Origin: an uncultured bacterium
GTDB taxonomy: Bacteria; Verrucomicrobiota; Lentisphaeria; Victivallales; UBA1829
Direction: 5' to 3'
Assembly (NCBI GenBank): GCA_900548385.1
Contig: URKJ01000001.1
Coordinates: forward strand, 72,360 to 136,359
Length of the DNA stretch: 64,000 bases
Below are positions 44,278-53,529 of this stretch, in pieces (the first letter of the stretch is position 1; the number at the start of each line of letters is the position of its first letter). A program made the position numbers and the translations under genes. The notes under the pieces were generated by a model. It did not search any database and had not been told where the DNA came from. It worked only from the letters and a program-made list of their open reading frames with translations.

Positions 44278-47200
44278 TTATTCCGGAATCCAGAATCCGA
44301 AATTGTGGCGGAACTGGTGATTGAATCTGGTTCCGCTCCAGGTTTTTTGAAGACGGCGCCTTTTGCCGTCGTTGTCGTTGACCGAAATATCAAACGATAC
44401 CGGAGTGCCCGGAGCCTGACGCAGTTCCCGCCACGGGATTTCCAGTACGGCGGCGTAACCGTTTTCCGTGTCCGTGAGTTTCCAGCGGATGGAGGAGAGG
44501 TCGACGTCGCCGCTTTTGTCCAGACGTGCCGGTTTGCCCTCCGCGCCGGCGGTCATATACAGCCGGAAGGTGTCTTTCCGGTATTCTTTCCGTTCCATAT
44601 CCGCGAGCGGGGCGCGGTCGAAATACAGCTCAATGCAGTCGCCGTTCCAGAATTCCGGAGGAGAATATCTGCCGCGTTTCACGTCGCGCACCTGAATGTT
44701 CAGCCGGAACATTTTACTGTCTCCGGAAGCCTGAAAGGATGCGGAAAACGGATCGTCGTTCTCCGCTTTTCCGGTAGTGACCTGCGTAATTTGCGCGGTT
44801 TCTCCGGAGCGCAGGAAACGTTGAGCTTCCACGGGAACGGAAACGGTCCGTGTGACTTTTCCGTCGTAGATCATCAGTTTGACCGTTCCGCCGGGCAGGA
44901 CGGAGCCTTTCGTTTCGACCGGGATCAGCAGAACGGCGGTTTTTCCCGCCGGAAGCCGCAGGGAGGCGGAGCCCGGTTTTGCCGCTTTTGCCGAGGGCGC
45001 GGAGAGCAGCCGTACTTTCAGTTCCTGTGCTTCCAGCGTGCTGCGGAATTCCAGCGCAAGGACCGGCTTTCCCTGTTCCGCGAACCAGCGGGCACGGGTG
45101 ATTTCATATCCGTTTTCCGGTACGATCCTGCTTTCATTCAGCATTTTCCGCAAGGCGTCGAGCCCCTGCCTGCCGCGGATATACATCGGGGTGTTGGTCA
45201 GCGGCATGGCGGGAACCGCTTTTACCGGGTTGCCGAATACGTCGAACAGGTCTACAGTTTGAGGATTGGAGAACGTGATTGAGAATTTCCGGTTCGGCGT
45301 GTAATTCCAGACCGCCGCCATCGGCTGCTTTCCGGGGATTGTGTACAGATATGCCGTGGTTCCGAGCGGCGTATTGAGTTTGCCTGCGGGAACCGCGCGT
45401 TCCATCAGACGGGCGAACGCATTGGCGGCAACGTAAATATCGGTGGGAATCAGGCGCCTCTGAACGCGTTCCCTGATATAGCCGTAACCGGGATTGCGGT
45501 CGCCCCGGTAGCTTGTTTCACAGGGCAGAAGCGTTTCCTGTTTCACTCCTTCCCCGAGGTCGAGCAGAACGCGGCGGATGAAACTTTGCGCGGAAACGAT
45601 TCCATTGGTTACGGCGTCTGCATTGTGCCGCTGCACCGTGTAATAAAGTTCCGTGTTCCAGAGCGGCAGACCTTTGCGGTATTTGGCGATGATCCGCTTG
45701 ATGTCCCGGACTGCCTCGTGTGCGGGATAAGGCGAATGTTCCTCGCGGGAAGAGTAGGGGTGAAAGGAAACGATGTCTGTGTACTGATAGCCGCCGAGTT
45801 TGCCGAACCGCTCCAGAAAATCTCCCATCTGCCCGCCGAGGTCGCCGGTGACGTTCGGGGCGATGACGCGGATCGCCGGGTCAATTTTCCGGCACTCTTC
45901 AAATGCGATCTTTGCAAGTTTGACATAATCCTCCGGCGAGGTCGTCAGGTTGGCTTCATTCAGGATTTCCCAGTACCGGATACGGCCTTTGAAATGGGAA
46001 ACCGTCGCGCGGACATAGTTCCGCCAGTCGTCAAGATTCGGCATGATCGCCGGTTTGCCGTGCATTTTAAAGGTGGAGCTCAGCGTGCCGCGCCGCTGTG
46101 CCCATTCCGGCAGATAACGTTCCAGCAGAACGTTGCCGAGAACACCGAGCAGAACATTGCCGTACCCGAGCCGCTGATTCACAAAACGGTCGGCGAGGCG
46201 GAAATCGAATTTCCCCTGTTCCGGCTCCACGGTCGCCCACTCGAAAATCCGGTATACACCGTTGCCGATCCGGTTGATCCGGTAGCCCTGATTGCGGTTG
46301 ATCCGGTGATAATCCGCTTCATCCGACTCCAGCAGCTGAAAGAACGCTTTTCCGCCGTTGATGTTCGGACAGCCGAAATGGAATCCCTCTTCGACTCCGA
46401 GTACAAAATCGCGGTCCGGGTGAAACGGTTCCGGCGTGTATTTGCCGGAGAACGCATAGAGAAACGGCAGCACCCGTTCCTGTTTGCCGTTGAGCATAAA
46501 AACCGCTTCCGTTGAGTATACGCCGTAAGGACGCATCGGAACGGTGAACGTTTTCGACGCTGTTCTGCCTGCCGGAACGGTCAGTTCCGCCGGACGTTCC
46601 GTCAGAGCTTTTCCGGTATAGTCGTCACGGTCGCGGAAAAGAAACTTCACGGTTCTGTCGTTCTTTCCGTAATTGATTCCGGTGAGGGTGAAGGTCAGCG
46701 GCTGTTCGCCGTCGATATGCAGATGGCGCGGAGCCGTGAGCGTGAATTCCATATCGCTTTTCAGCGAGAACGGCGTTGCCTGTGTGCCGGGTTCCACCTG
46801 AAGCGCGTCGAACCAGACGGTCGCATCGCTGTCTTCGCCCCACAGGAAATCAAGAAGGTACGATTTATGACCGTTCGGCGGCAGAAACGTGTAGGTATAG
46901 CGTTTCCAATCGGTCGAGAGCGTGACGGTTCGGGACGGATTGAACCAGTCCCGTGCGGCTCTGCCGTTCTTTTCCGCCGGGATGATGGAGATCGGCAGAT
47001 AGCGGAGTTTGACCGGCTTGGAACTTTTCGCATAGAAACTGAGCGTGTACGGCTTGCCGGGCGTTACGCTGAAGTCCGGTGAACGCAGAACGGCGGGAGT
47101 CGCGTCCGGATTGTCGAAACGCAGACTCTGTCTGCCGTGGACCCTGGTGTTTTGATCCGGTACGGGCGGCAGATATTTTACTTCTTCCGGCTGCATCGGG

Positions 47201-47319
47201 CGCGCGTAGCGCAGTTTTGCATAATCCGCGCCGCCGAGTTCAAAACTGGCGTCGGGAAGGAGGTTTCCCGCCGCGAGCAGTACGGGCAATGCAAGAAAGG
47301 GATAAAAAAGATGTTTCAT
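44278..47319 (-). CDS. Secreted multi-domain CAZyme-like protein (1013 aa): N-terminal CBM-like module, TIM-barrel GH-like core, C-terminal CBM9-like module
   Basis: Signal peptide MKHLFYPFLALPVLLAAGN. LLPDASFELGG...VWFDALQVEPG (CBM4_9-like). WEILNEANL (Asn-Glu acid/base style motif). C-terminus NGDCIELYFD...ISVNDNDG (CBM9-like). Confidence 0.8.
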   Translation of the reverse strand: MKHLFYPFLALPVLLAAGNLLPDASFELGGADYAKLRYARPMQPEEVKYLPPVPDQNTRVHGRQSLRFDNPDATPAVLRSPDFSVTPGKPYTLSFYAKSSKPVKLRYLPISIIPAEKNGRAARDWFNPSRTVTLSTDWKRYTYTFLPPNGHKSYLLDFLWGEDSDATVWFDALQVEPGTQATPFSLKSDMEFTLTAPRHLHIDGEQPLTFTLTGINYGKNDRTVKFLFRDRDDYTGKALTERPAELTVPAGRTASKTFTVPMRPYGVYSTEAVFMLNGKQERVLPFLYAFSGKYTPEPFHPDRDFVLGVEEGFHFGCPNINGGKAFFQLLESDEADYHRINRNQGYRINRIGNGVYRIFEWATVEPEQGKFDFRLADRFVNQRLGYGNVLLGVLGNVLLERYLPEWAQRRGTLSSTFKMHGKPAIMPNLDDWRNYVRATVSHFKGRIRYWEILNEANLTTSPEDYVKLAKIAFEECRKIDPAIRVIAPNVTGDLGGQMGDFLERFGKLGGYQYTDIVSFHPYSSREEHSPYPAHEAVRDIKRIIAKYRKGLPLWNTELYYTVQRHNADAVTNGIVSAQSFIRRVLLDLGEGVKQETLLPCETSYRGDRNPGYGYIRERVQRRLIPTDIYVAANAFARLMERAVPAGKLNTPLGTTAYLYTIPGKQPMAAVWNYTPNRKFSITFSNPQTVDLFDVFGNPVKAVPAMPLTNTPMYIRGRQGLDALRKMLNESRIVPENGYEITRARWFAEQGKPVLALEFRSTLEAQELKVRLLSAPSAKAAKPGSASLRLPAGKTAVLLIPVETKGSVLPGGTVKLMIYDGKVTRTVSVPVEAQRFLRSGETAQITQVTTGKAENDDPFSASFQASGDSKMFRLNIQVRDVKRGRYSPPEFWNGDCIELYFDRAPLADMERKEYRKDTFRLYMTAGAEGKPARLDKSGDVDLSSIRWKLTDTENGYAAVLEIPWRELRQAPGTPVSFDISVNDNDGKRRRLQKTWSGTRFNHQFRHNFGFWIPE

Positions 47320-48203
47320 TTCAGCTCCTTGAGTTCTGCTGTTTTGATGTCAAGCCACTGCAGGGGTGCGTTCAGTTCCACTTTGAGTGCCATCATTCCG
47401 CGGTAAAGCGTTTCTTCGGGCGCGGTGAAGCGGATCGAATATTCCTGCCATCCGGTTTCGAGACGGATTTTCTTCATGCGGTACCAGTGCTTTTTCCCGC
47501 CGGGGACCCAGCCGTCGATGAAGAAAGCCGCCGGGATTGCGGCAGAGGCTTTGAGCCACAGCGAGATCTGATATTCCCTGCCGGGAAGAACAGGGAACGC
47601 CACGGATTGGATCGCGGCCTTTTTGCCGTTTTCCGGACGGAAGCGAAGAGCTTTTCCGCCGTCGATATGGTCTTCCGCTCCGGTATATTCAAATTTGTAA
47701 TTCGTATTCCGGGTGTTCCATTGCGGTCCCCAAAATGGAGTGAAACGGCTGTCGGGTTCCTGCTTGAATACTGCGGACGGATGAAATGCGGTCAGCCGGA
47801 TGTTGCGGACCATGACGGCGGCAGGCGATTTGCTTTCCGCAAAAATGTTGATCCGCGCGGGACCGTCCTCCGGCTGATAGAGAAAACCGTTCATCGTGCG
47901 CGGGGAACCATTCGGGGCGAAATCACTGAACTGCCGTCCGTATTCTTTCCGGTTCTGCGGAAACAGGCTGAGTGTGATCCGTGTTCCGGCGGGTGTGTTG
48001 TGCTCGAGAGAGAGCAGATAGTACCCTTTTTTCAGCGGAAGCTGCTGCGTGACTGCGCTCCATTTACCCGGAGTGACGTTGATTTGCACTCCGTTGTTCT
48101 TGACTTCCGCGCAGGAGCGTCCGAACTGATGCGGATTTTCCGGCAGAAGATTCTGCGCGGAAATCGGGAGAGCGAGGGCGAGAAGGAGGGGTGTCGTTTT
48201 CAT
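47316..48203 (-). CDS. Secreted protein with two jelly-roll (CBM-like) halves
   Basis: Signal peptide MKTTPLLLALALPISAQN followed by LLPENP... Two ~130-aa beta-rich halves ending in VRNIRLTAF and LDIKTAELKELK. ATGA overlap with the downstream 1013-aa gene. Confidence 0.65.
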   Translation of the reverse strand: MKTTPLLLALALPISAQNLLPENPHQFGRSCAEVKNNGVQINVTPGKWSAVTQQLPLKKGYYLLSLEHNTPAGTRITLSLFPQNRKEYGRQFSDFAPNGSPRTMNGFLYQPEDGPARINIFAESKSPAAVMVRNIRLTAFHPSAVFKQEPDSRFTPFWGPQWNTRNTNYKFEYTGAEDHIDGGKALRFRPENGKKAAIQSVAFPVLPGREYQISLWLKASAAIPAAFFIDGWVPGGKKHWYRMKKIRLETGWQEYSIRFTAPEETLYRGMMALKVELNAPLQWLDIKTAELKELK

Positions 48204-48222
48204 AAAACAGCCTTTCTTATTT

Positions 48223-48969
48223 TTATTTTGCAAGATTCAGATCGAATGACCACCCGCCGGCGCCCCTGATGGTTACCCAGCTGAGCCGCATGGAGCTGCT
48301 GCGGGATGTGACGTTTCCGCTTGTTTGCAGAAAATTGGTCCTTCCGTTATGAGTAAACAGGTCTTTCCGGAGGATTTCTGGAGCGATAGTATCCGAACCG
48401 CAGTTGAATTTCGTCTGCATGATAGGATCGTAGCATGCGATCGCATTTCTCCAGGAGACATACTCCGGTGTCATGCTTGCCATCAGTGCGACACCGCTGG
48501 AAAGTGCCGTGATCCGGGAACCTTTCACCTGTTCTCCGCCGCTCTCATTCTGCGCTATGACATACCAGCTGAATCCGGGGGTATTATTAGGAACAGAACC
48601 TAAAAGAGTCTGATAGGAGGAATAGTACTTGGTGTTCGCATTGACCGGAGGGACAATATCATGGGTCGGGCAGAAGAGTACGCCTTTCTGTGCCGTTTCG
48701 TATTCCGCAATGCCGAGATAACGGTGGAAATAATCCCGGAAATATTGATTGCTGGCGTTCCAGACCGGCGGCAGCATATCGTCGGAGTCGCCGACATAAT
48801 TCGCGATGGCGGTGCCGATCTGTTTCATGTTGCCCATGCACAGGGCTTCCCGCGCTTTGTTTCTTGCCGAGTTCAGCGCCGGAAGAAGCATGCCGGCAAG
48901 GATTGCGATAATCGCAATTACTATGAGGAGTTCTATGAGGGTGAATTTGTTTCTCTCCGGTCTTTCCAT
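48223..48969 (-). CDS. Prepilin-type N-terminal domain protein of the H-X9-DG family (variant H-X9-SG)
   Basis: [42 protein letters not shown]-terminal [12 protein letters not shown]. Confidence 0.87.
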   Translation of the reverse strand: MERPERNKFTLIELLIVIAIIAILAGMLLPALNSARNKAREALCMGNMKQIGTAIANYVGDSDDMLPPVWNASNQYFRDYFHRYLGIAEYETAQKGVLFCPTHDIVPPVNANTKYYSSYQTLLGSVPNNTPGFSWYVIAQNESGGEQVKGSRITALSSGVALMASMTPEYVSWRNAIACYDPIMQTKFNCGSDTIAPEILRKDLFTHNGRTNFLQTSGNVTSRSSSMRLSWVTIRGAGGWSFDLNLAK

Positions 48970-49022
48970 AATTGTGTTCCTTTCTCGTTTTCAGTTTTTC
49001 CGACTCTTTGTCGCTGTTTTTA

Positions 49023-49051
49023 ATTATAGCAAATTTTCCATGAAAAAACAA
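49023..49051 (-). promoter_or_regulatory. Sigma70-type promoter of H-X9-DG/CAZyme cassette 2
   Basis: Minus strand reads TTGTTT (49051-49046), 17 nt, TATAAT (49028-49023). Confidence 0.45.
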
Positions 49052-49148
49052 GAGGGAAAGGTGTTTTTTTGAGAAACATTTATGATACAGCTTGAAACAT
49101 TTGAAACAACGGTTATTGTATACGGAGAAAAACACAGGGAGAACGGAG

Positions 49149-50141
49149 ATGAAGGCAACGGTCCGGACGATTGCAAAAGAGGCGGGAGTTTCCCCGGCAA
49201 CGGTGTCGCGTGTATTCAGCGGAGCGGCGAAAGTGTCGCCGCAGGTTCGGCAGCGCGTATTGAACGCGGCGGCGCAGGCGGGATACGATTCCGGGGAGAA
49301 AAAGAATGTGGCGGTGATCATACCGGAAAACAGCGGGCTTTCCGGATACGGGGGGATGATTCTGGAATCCCTGTTCCTTGAGCTGAACAGTCACGGTTTC
49401 CGGGCGCTGGCGATCACTGCGGACGATATTGCGCTTCTGGATGAAACGGTTGTTGCCGGTGCGATTTCCGTGATCTACCGGCATGGACTGGAGAAGATGT
49501 GGAACAAGAAGCGCGCGGTTCCGTTGATCTGCATCAACAGCTATGGTTATCCGATCGACGGCGTTTACGAGGTGAGTTCCAATGATGGACAGGGAATCAC
49601 TGCCGCGATGAATTTGCTGTATGAGAAAGGACACCGCCGGATCGGGATGATGACGAATATTTTTGATATGTCGAATTCCCGCAATTCAGCGATCCGCGCC
49701 CGCACGTTTGACTCTTTTATCAAAAGCCATTCCGACTGTTCCGGCATTTTCCGCAACTGCATGTTGTCAGCCGGCTTTCTGGATACGGTTATGGAATTTG
49801 TCCGCTTCGGGGTGACGGCGATCATTGCCGCCGGGGAGAGTCTGGCGGCTCCGGTCAATCATATTCTGAGTACCTGCGGGATCCGCGTGCCGGAGGATAT
49901 TTCTCTGATCGGGTTTGAATCCCGGCATGTCTCCGAGTATCTCCATCCGCCGGTAACGTGTCTGGAACAGCGCATGGGACGGCTGGCGGAGCTGGCCGTG
50001 GAGCTGCTGGCGAAACAGCTCCGCGGCGAACACAATCTGAAAAACGAACGTGTCGATTACAATCTGTTCATTCGCGACAGTGTGGGTGCTCCTCCGCTTA
50101 TTCCAGTTTCAGAACGGTTATATTCCGGCTCCGGCTGCTGA
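49149..50141 (+). CDS. LacI family transcriptional regulator
   Basis: MKATVRTIAKEAGVSPATVSRVFSG HTH plus a periplasmic-binding-fold body. GGAG RBS before ATG 49149. Confidence 0.9.
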   Translation: MKATVRTIAKEAGVSPATVSRVFSGAAKVSPQVRQRVLNAAAQAGYDSGEKKNVAVIIPENSGLSGYGGMILESLFLELNSHGFRALAITADDIALLDETVVAGAISVIYRHGLEKMWNKKRAVPLICINSYGYPIDGVYEVSSNDGQGITAAMNLLYEKGHRRIGMMTNIFDMSNSRNSAIRARTFDSFIKSHSDCSGIFRNCMLSAGFLDTVMEFVRFGVTAIIAAGESLAAPVNHILSTCGIRVPEDISLIGFESRHVSEYLHPPVTCLEQRMGRLAELAVELLAKQLRGEHNLKNERVDYNLFIRDSVGAPPLIPVSERLYSGSGC

Positions 50142-51417
50142 GCTTGACGGTCCGGCGGAACGTTCCGGAGTCCGTGGAAATCTCCGCCTCGTAATCGCCG
50201 TAGAATCCATGGAACAGATTCATTGCGCCGTCGCGGTAATCCAGTTCGGTTTCGGTGTGCCATTCCTGCCTGATGAGCCGTTCCAGAGTTTTGAACGCGG
50301 GTTTCGGTGAAAAGTCGTAGTTGACGAGTCCGGCGCGGAGGCTGTTTTCGCCCTGTTCGCTGCCGAGCGGCGCATAAGCCGCCGTTCCGTCAACAAGATT
50401 CCACCAGGTGATCGCGTCGACTGCCGGATGACTGAACCACAGACGGTACAGTTTTTCCGTAACGAGTTCCTGAAATGCGTCGCCGTCGCCGAGATCCCGG
50501 CGGCTGATAATGCTGACTTCGGAAAAGTTGACGGGGATTCCGAGCTTGCCGTAAAGATCGAGACAGGCAAACAGGATGCGCGGGTTCATGAAACTGTTGT
50601 GCTCGCCGTGCAGCAGACTGTCGAACATGTGATATTGCAGACCGAGTCCGCCGACGCGGCAGCCGTGGTCCAGAAGCGAGCGGACCAGCAGATAAACGGG
50701 CGAATAGTCGCCGTGAAGATTCCACCAGCGGCGGTCGTCGTTGTACAACAGGGTCGAGGTCGGAAAATGACGGTCGGCGAGACGGAACGCTTCGTGGACG
50801 TGATTGTCCGGATACGCGGGCGTCAGTTTCCGGAACTGCGGTGCGCGCGATTGCGCTTCGTTCACACAGTCCCAGAGGAAAATCTTGTCACCGTACCGCT
50901 CCGCGATCTCCGCAAACCGGCGGTCGAGGCGCCGCATCAGTTCCGGCGTTGTTTCGGGAAGCCATGCCGGAGCGAAATTGTGCCAACAGAGCGGGTGCCC
51001 TTTCGGCGTGATGCCGTTGCGGCGACAGAAATCAAGGACGTCGTCGGTTGGCGGACGACGGTAGATCGGAACGCTTCCGGATTCAAAACGCAGTTTGCCG
51101 TCTTCCGGTTCCAGATCGGACCAGTAGAACGGAATGACCGCTTCGTTGAACAGGGAAGCGAACGTTTCTTCGTATTGGCGGTTCTGCTCCTCTTCCGGGA
51201 ACTGGCCGAGCATGAACGCATTGCAGCCGAACAGGAATTCATGCGTTTTCTGTTTCAGTCGGATTCGCGCATTTCCGACCGGTTTTCCGTCCGGAGTTTC
51301 CAGATGGAGCTGTCCGAATCCCTTGCGGTACATTTCGGTTCCCTGTCTGATACGGAATTCCACTTCCGCATCTTCCCGGAGCAGGTGTTTTGTGAGTGCG
51401 CTTGCGAGTTCGTTCAT
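50098..51417 (-). CDS. Glycoside hydrolase family 10-like protein (no signal peptide)
   Basis: LWDCVNEAQS (GH10 WDVVNE acid/base), GLGLQYHMF (GxQxH) and NFSEVSI (ITELD-equivalent nucleophile region). N-terminus MNELASALTKHLL is not signal-like. Confidence 0.75.
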   Translation of the reverse strand: MNELASALTKHLLREDAEVEFRIRQGTEMYRKGFGQLHLETPDGKPVGNARIRLKQKTHEFLFGCNAFMLGQFPEEEQNRQYEETFASLFNEAVIPFYWSDLEPEDGKLRFESGSVPIYRRPPTDDVLDFCRRNGITPKGHPLCWHNFAPAWLPETTPELMRRLDRRFAEIAERYGDKIFLWDCVNEAQSRAPQFRKLTPAYPDNHVHEAFRLADRHFPTSTLLYNDDRRWWNLHGDYSPVYLLVRSLLDHGCRVGGLGLQYHMFDSLLHGEHNSFMNPRILFACLDLYGKLGIPVNFSEVSIISRRDLGDGDAFQELVTEKLYRLWFSHPAVDAITWWNLVDGTAAYAPLGSEQGENSLRAGLVNYDFSPKPAFKTLERLIRQEWHTETELDYRDGAMNLFHGFYGDYEAEISTDSGTFRRTVKLSSRSRNITVLKLE

Positions 51418-51428
51418 GTCGTCATTCC

Positions 51429-52181
51429 TTATTTGATGAGTTGTTCTGCAACGCGGTCCAGCATCCGGTGCAGAGTGTCGATACGGTCCTGTGTGGCGCG
51501 TATTGCGGGGATGTAGCCGCCGAGAGCGCCGAGAAACGTTTCTTTCCCGGAAAACACGGGGCGCGCCGCCGCGTAAAATCCGCTCTCTTTTTCCGCTTTG
51601 ATGCAGAGATTCCGCTGCCGGATCTCCGCCAGCGCGCGATCAAGTCCTTTTTCAGAAAGTTCCGGCCACGCTTTGTGATTGACGGGATTTGCGGCAAGGA
51701 ACATCGCCCGTTCGTATTCCGGCGCAAACGCCAGCAGAACGCGGGTCGTGACACGGGAATAGTTGAACCGGCGTTCATTTTCGATCAGCGCCGGATTGAC
51801 CGAGATCACGGAGTTGCCGGAAACGGAGGCTATGATCATGCGTTCCCCGTTGAACAGCGTGGTGAGGATGAACGATTCTCCGGTCTGTTCCGCCGCGTCC
51901 CGGAGCAGGCGGACCGCCATCGGCCGGATCTGTCCGGCGAATGCCCCCGCTTTGGAAAGCATGGCGCATTTTTCGCCGGCGGCATAGATACCGCGTGCGC
52001 TCCGCCGGATATAGCCGCAGAATTCGAGCGTCTGCATCATATTCCGAGCCGTGGTTTTCCGCATTCCGAACCGTTCGGCGATTTCCGCCAGCCCCGTTCC
52101 TTCCGAGATCATGGAACATTCCAGAACGTATTCCAGAATCGCGAACGCGTTGGCAACGGATTGTATGGACGGTTTATTCAT
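51429..52181 (-). CDS. IclR family transcriptional regulator
   Basis: SVANAFAILEYVLE...GLAEIAERFGMRKTTARNMMQTLEFCGYIRR winged helix, plus an IclR effector domain. Confidence 0.85.
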   Translation of the reverse strand: MNKPSIQSVANAFAILEYVLECSMISEGTGLAEIAERFGMRKTTARNMMQTLEFCGYIRRSARGIYAAGEKCAMLSKAGAFAGQIRPMAVRLLRDAAEQTGESFILTTLFNGERMIIASVSGNSVISVNPALIENERRFNYSRVTTRVLLAFAPEYERAMFLAANPVNHKAWPELSEKGLDRALAEIRQRNLCIKAEKESGFYAAARPVFSGKETFLGALGGYIPAIRATQDRIDTLHRMLDRVAEQLIK

Positions 52182-52232
52182 TATAAAAATATCCTATTCA
52201 TTATTATTGAATATTCCGTTATTAATATAAAT

Positions 52233-52301
52233 CTGTTTTTCCGGTTGTCAAGAATTTTTTTCAAAAAAAGAGCGTTCCGGGGGCTTGACAAAACGGTGAT
52301 C
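52233..52301. repeat. Copy A of a ~68-nt intergenic element (inverted repeat TTGTCAAG ... CTTGACAA)
   Basis: CTGTTTTTCCGGTTGTCAAGAATTTTTTTCAAAAAAAGAGCGTTCCGGGGGCTTGACAAAACGGTGATC. Near-identical copy at 58323-58389 (differences: one T in each of two T-runs, one G/C). Confidence 0.85.
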
Positions 52302-52313
52302 TTGTTTTATAAT
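52285..52313 (+). promoter_or_regulatory. Consensus sigma70 promoter (TTGACA-17-TATAAT) for the GntR/LacI-hybrid regulator operon
   Basis: TTGACA 52285-52290, 17-nt spacer, TATAAT 52308-52313. The -35 box is the right arm of the repeated element. Confidence 0.7.
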
Positions 52314-52342
52314 ATAACCATTATACACCTTTATACATAATT

Positions 52343-53458
52343 TTGGAGGTTTTTGTTTTGGGAGAAGGATTGACCAAACAGGAGCGGATTTTTCAGACAC
52401 TGGTGCTGGAAATCGAAAAAGGGATCTGGCCTGTGGATTCACTGCTTCCTTCGGGTGCCAGGCTGGCGGAACGTTTTGATGTGGCTCCGCTGACGGTACG
52501 CAGGGTTCTTCTGGAATTGCAGAATCAGCATTATATCCGGACCGTGAACGGGGTCGGGAGTTTCGTCCTGTCGCGTCCGCAGGAGGACGAACCGAAAATT
52601 CTGGTGGTGACTACGCCGACTTTTACACAGGAAAGCTGTTTGCTGTATATCATTTCCGGAATCATGGAAAGCTGTCAGGAACGGAAAGTGAAGGTCGATT
52701 TTCTGCTGGAGAGTTTTCTGCGCGGCGACGACCGGATCGCTTTTGCCCGGAATTTGCGCAGAAAAAATTATCTGGGGGTGATTTTCACCCGCTGTCTTTT
52801 TGTCGGGGATGAACCGGAATTTGCGGCGCTCCGGGAACTGAATATTCCGGTTTTGCTGCCTCATGCGACACCGGAAGACAGGAAAATGACCGGTTTCGCC
52901 ACATTGTTTACAGATGAAGCCGCCGCATGGGAAGATGCTTTAGTTTATTTACGGGAGCTGGGACACCGGCGGATCGCACAGCTGATGCGTCCACTGCATA
53001 CCGGCAGATTCCGGTCGCGGACCTGGGTGCAGCATCAGAATCTGCTGAAAAAACTGGGACTGGATGCTTCTCCGGATCTGTTTTGCATCCTGAACGATTA
53101 CAATTCTCCGGATTTTGTTCCGCTGCTGACCGGATTGCTTCAGAAGCCGGAACGGCCTACGGCGATACTGGGCTTTTCGGACTTCTTTGCGCTTCGTGCC
53201 TGTGATGAATTGGCACGTCTGCGGATCGGGGTTCCGGACGAGCTGTCGGTGATGGGATTTTGCGGTTACCCAGGAGGCGAGTCCAGAGCGTGTCCGCTGT
53301 CCACAATGGATTTCATGTACGGCAGAATCGGGGATCAGGCTGTGCGGACTCTGCTCCATGCTTCGGAATGGTTCGGCGGCGGAAAAAAGGTGCCGCTGCT
53401 GAAAACTCCATACCGGCTGGTCGAACGGAGTACAACGGGTTTATGCCACGGAACGTGA
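52343..53458 (+). CDS. GntR-type HTH fused to LacI/periplasmic-binding-fold sensor (transcriptional regulator)
   Basis: IFQTLVLEIEKGIWPVDSLLPSGARLAERFDVAPLTVRRVLLELQNQHYIRTVNGVGSFV (GntR wHTH), followed by a sugar-binding-like domain (ILGFSDFFALRA). TTG start uncertain. Confidence 0.78.
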   Translation: MEVFVLGEGLTKQERIFQTLVLEIEKGIWPVDSLLPSGARLAERFDVAPLTVRRVLLELQNQHYIRTVNGVGSFVLSRPQEDEPKILVVTTPTFTQESCLLYIISGIMESCQERKVKVDFLLESFLRGDDRIAFARNLRRKNYLGVIFTRCLFVGDEPEFAALRELNIPVLLPHATPEDRKMTGFATLFTDEAAAWEDALVYLRELGHRRIAQLMRPLHTGRFRSRTWVQHQNLLKKLGLDASPDLFCILNDYNSPDFVPLLTGLLQKPERPTAILGFSDFFALRACDELARLRIGVPDELSVMGFCGYPGGESRACPLSTMDFMYGRIGDQAVRTLLHASEWFGGGKKVPLLKTPYRLVERSTTGLCHGT

Positions 53459-53529
53459 CTGCATGAAATGCTGATCGCAGAAACGAATTCGTATAAGAAA
53501 CGAAACATATGCAAAAGGAGATATGAATT

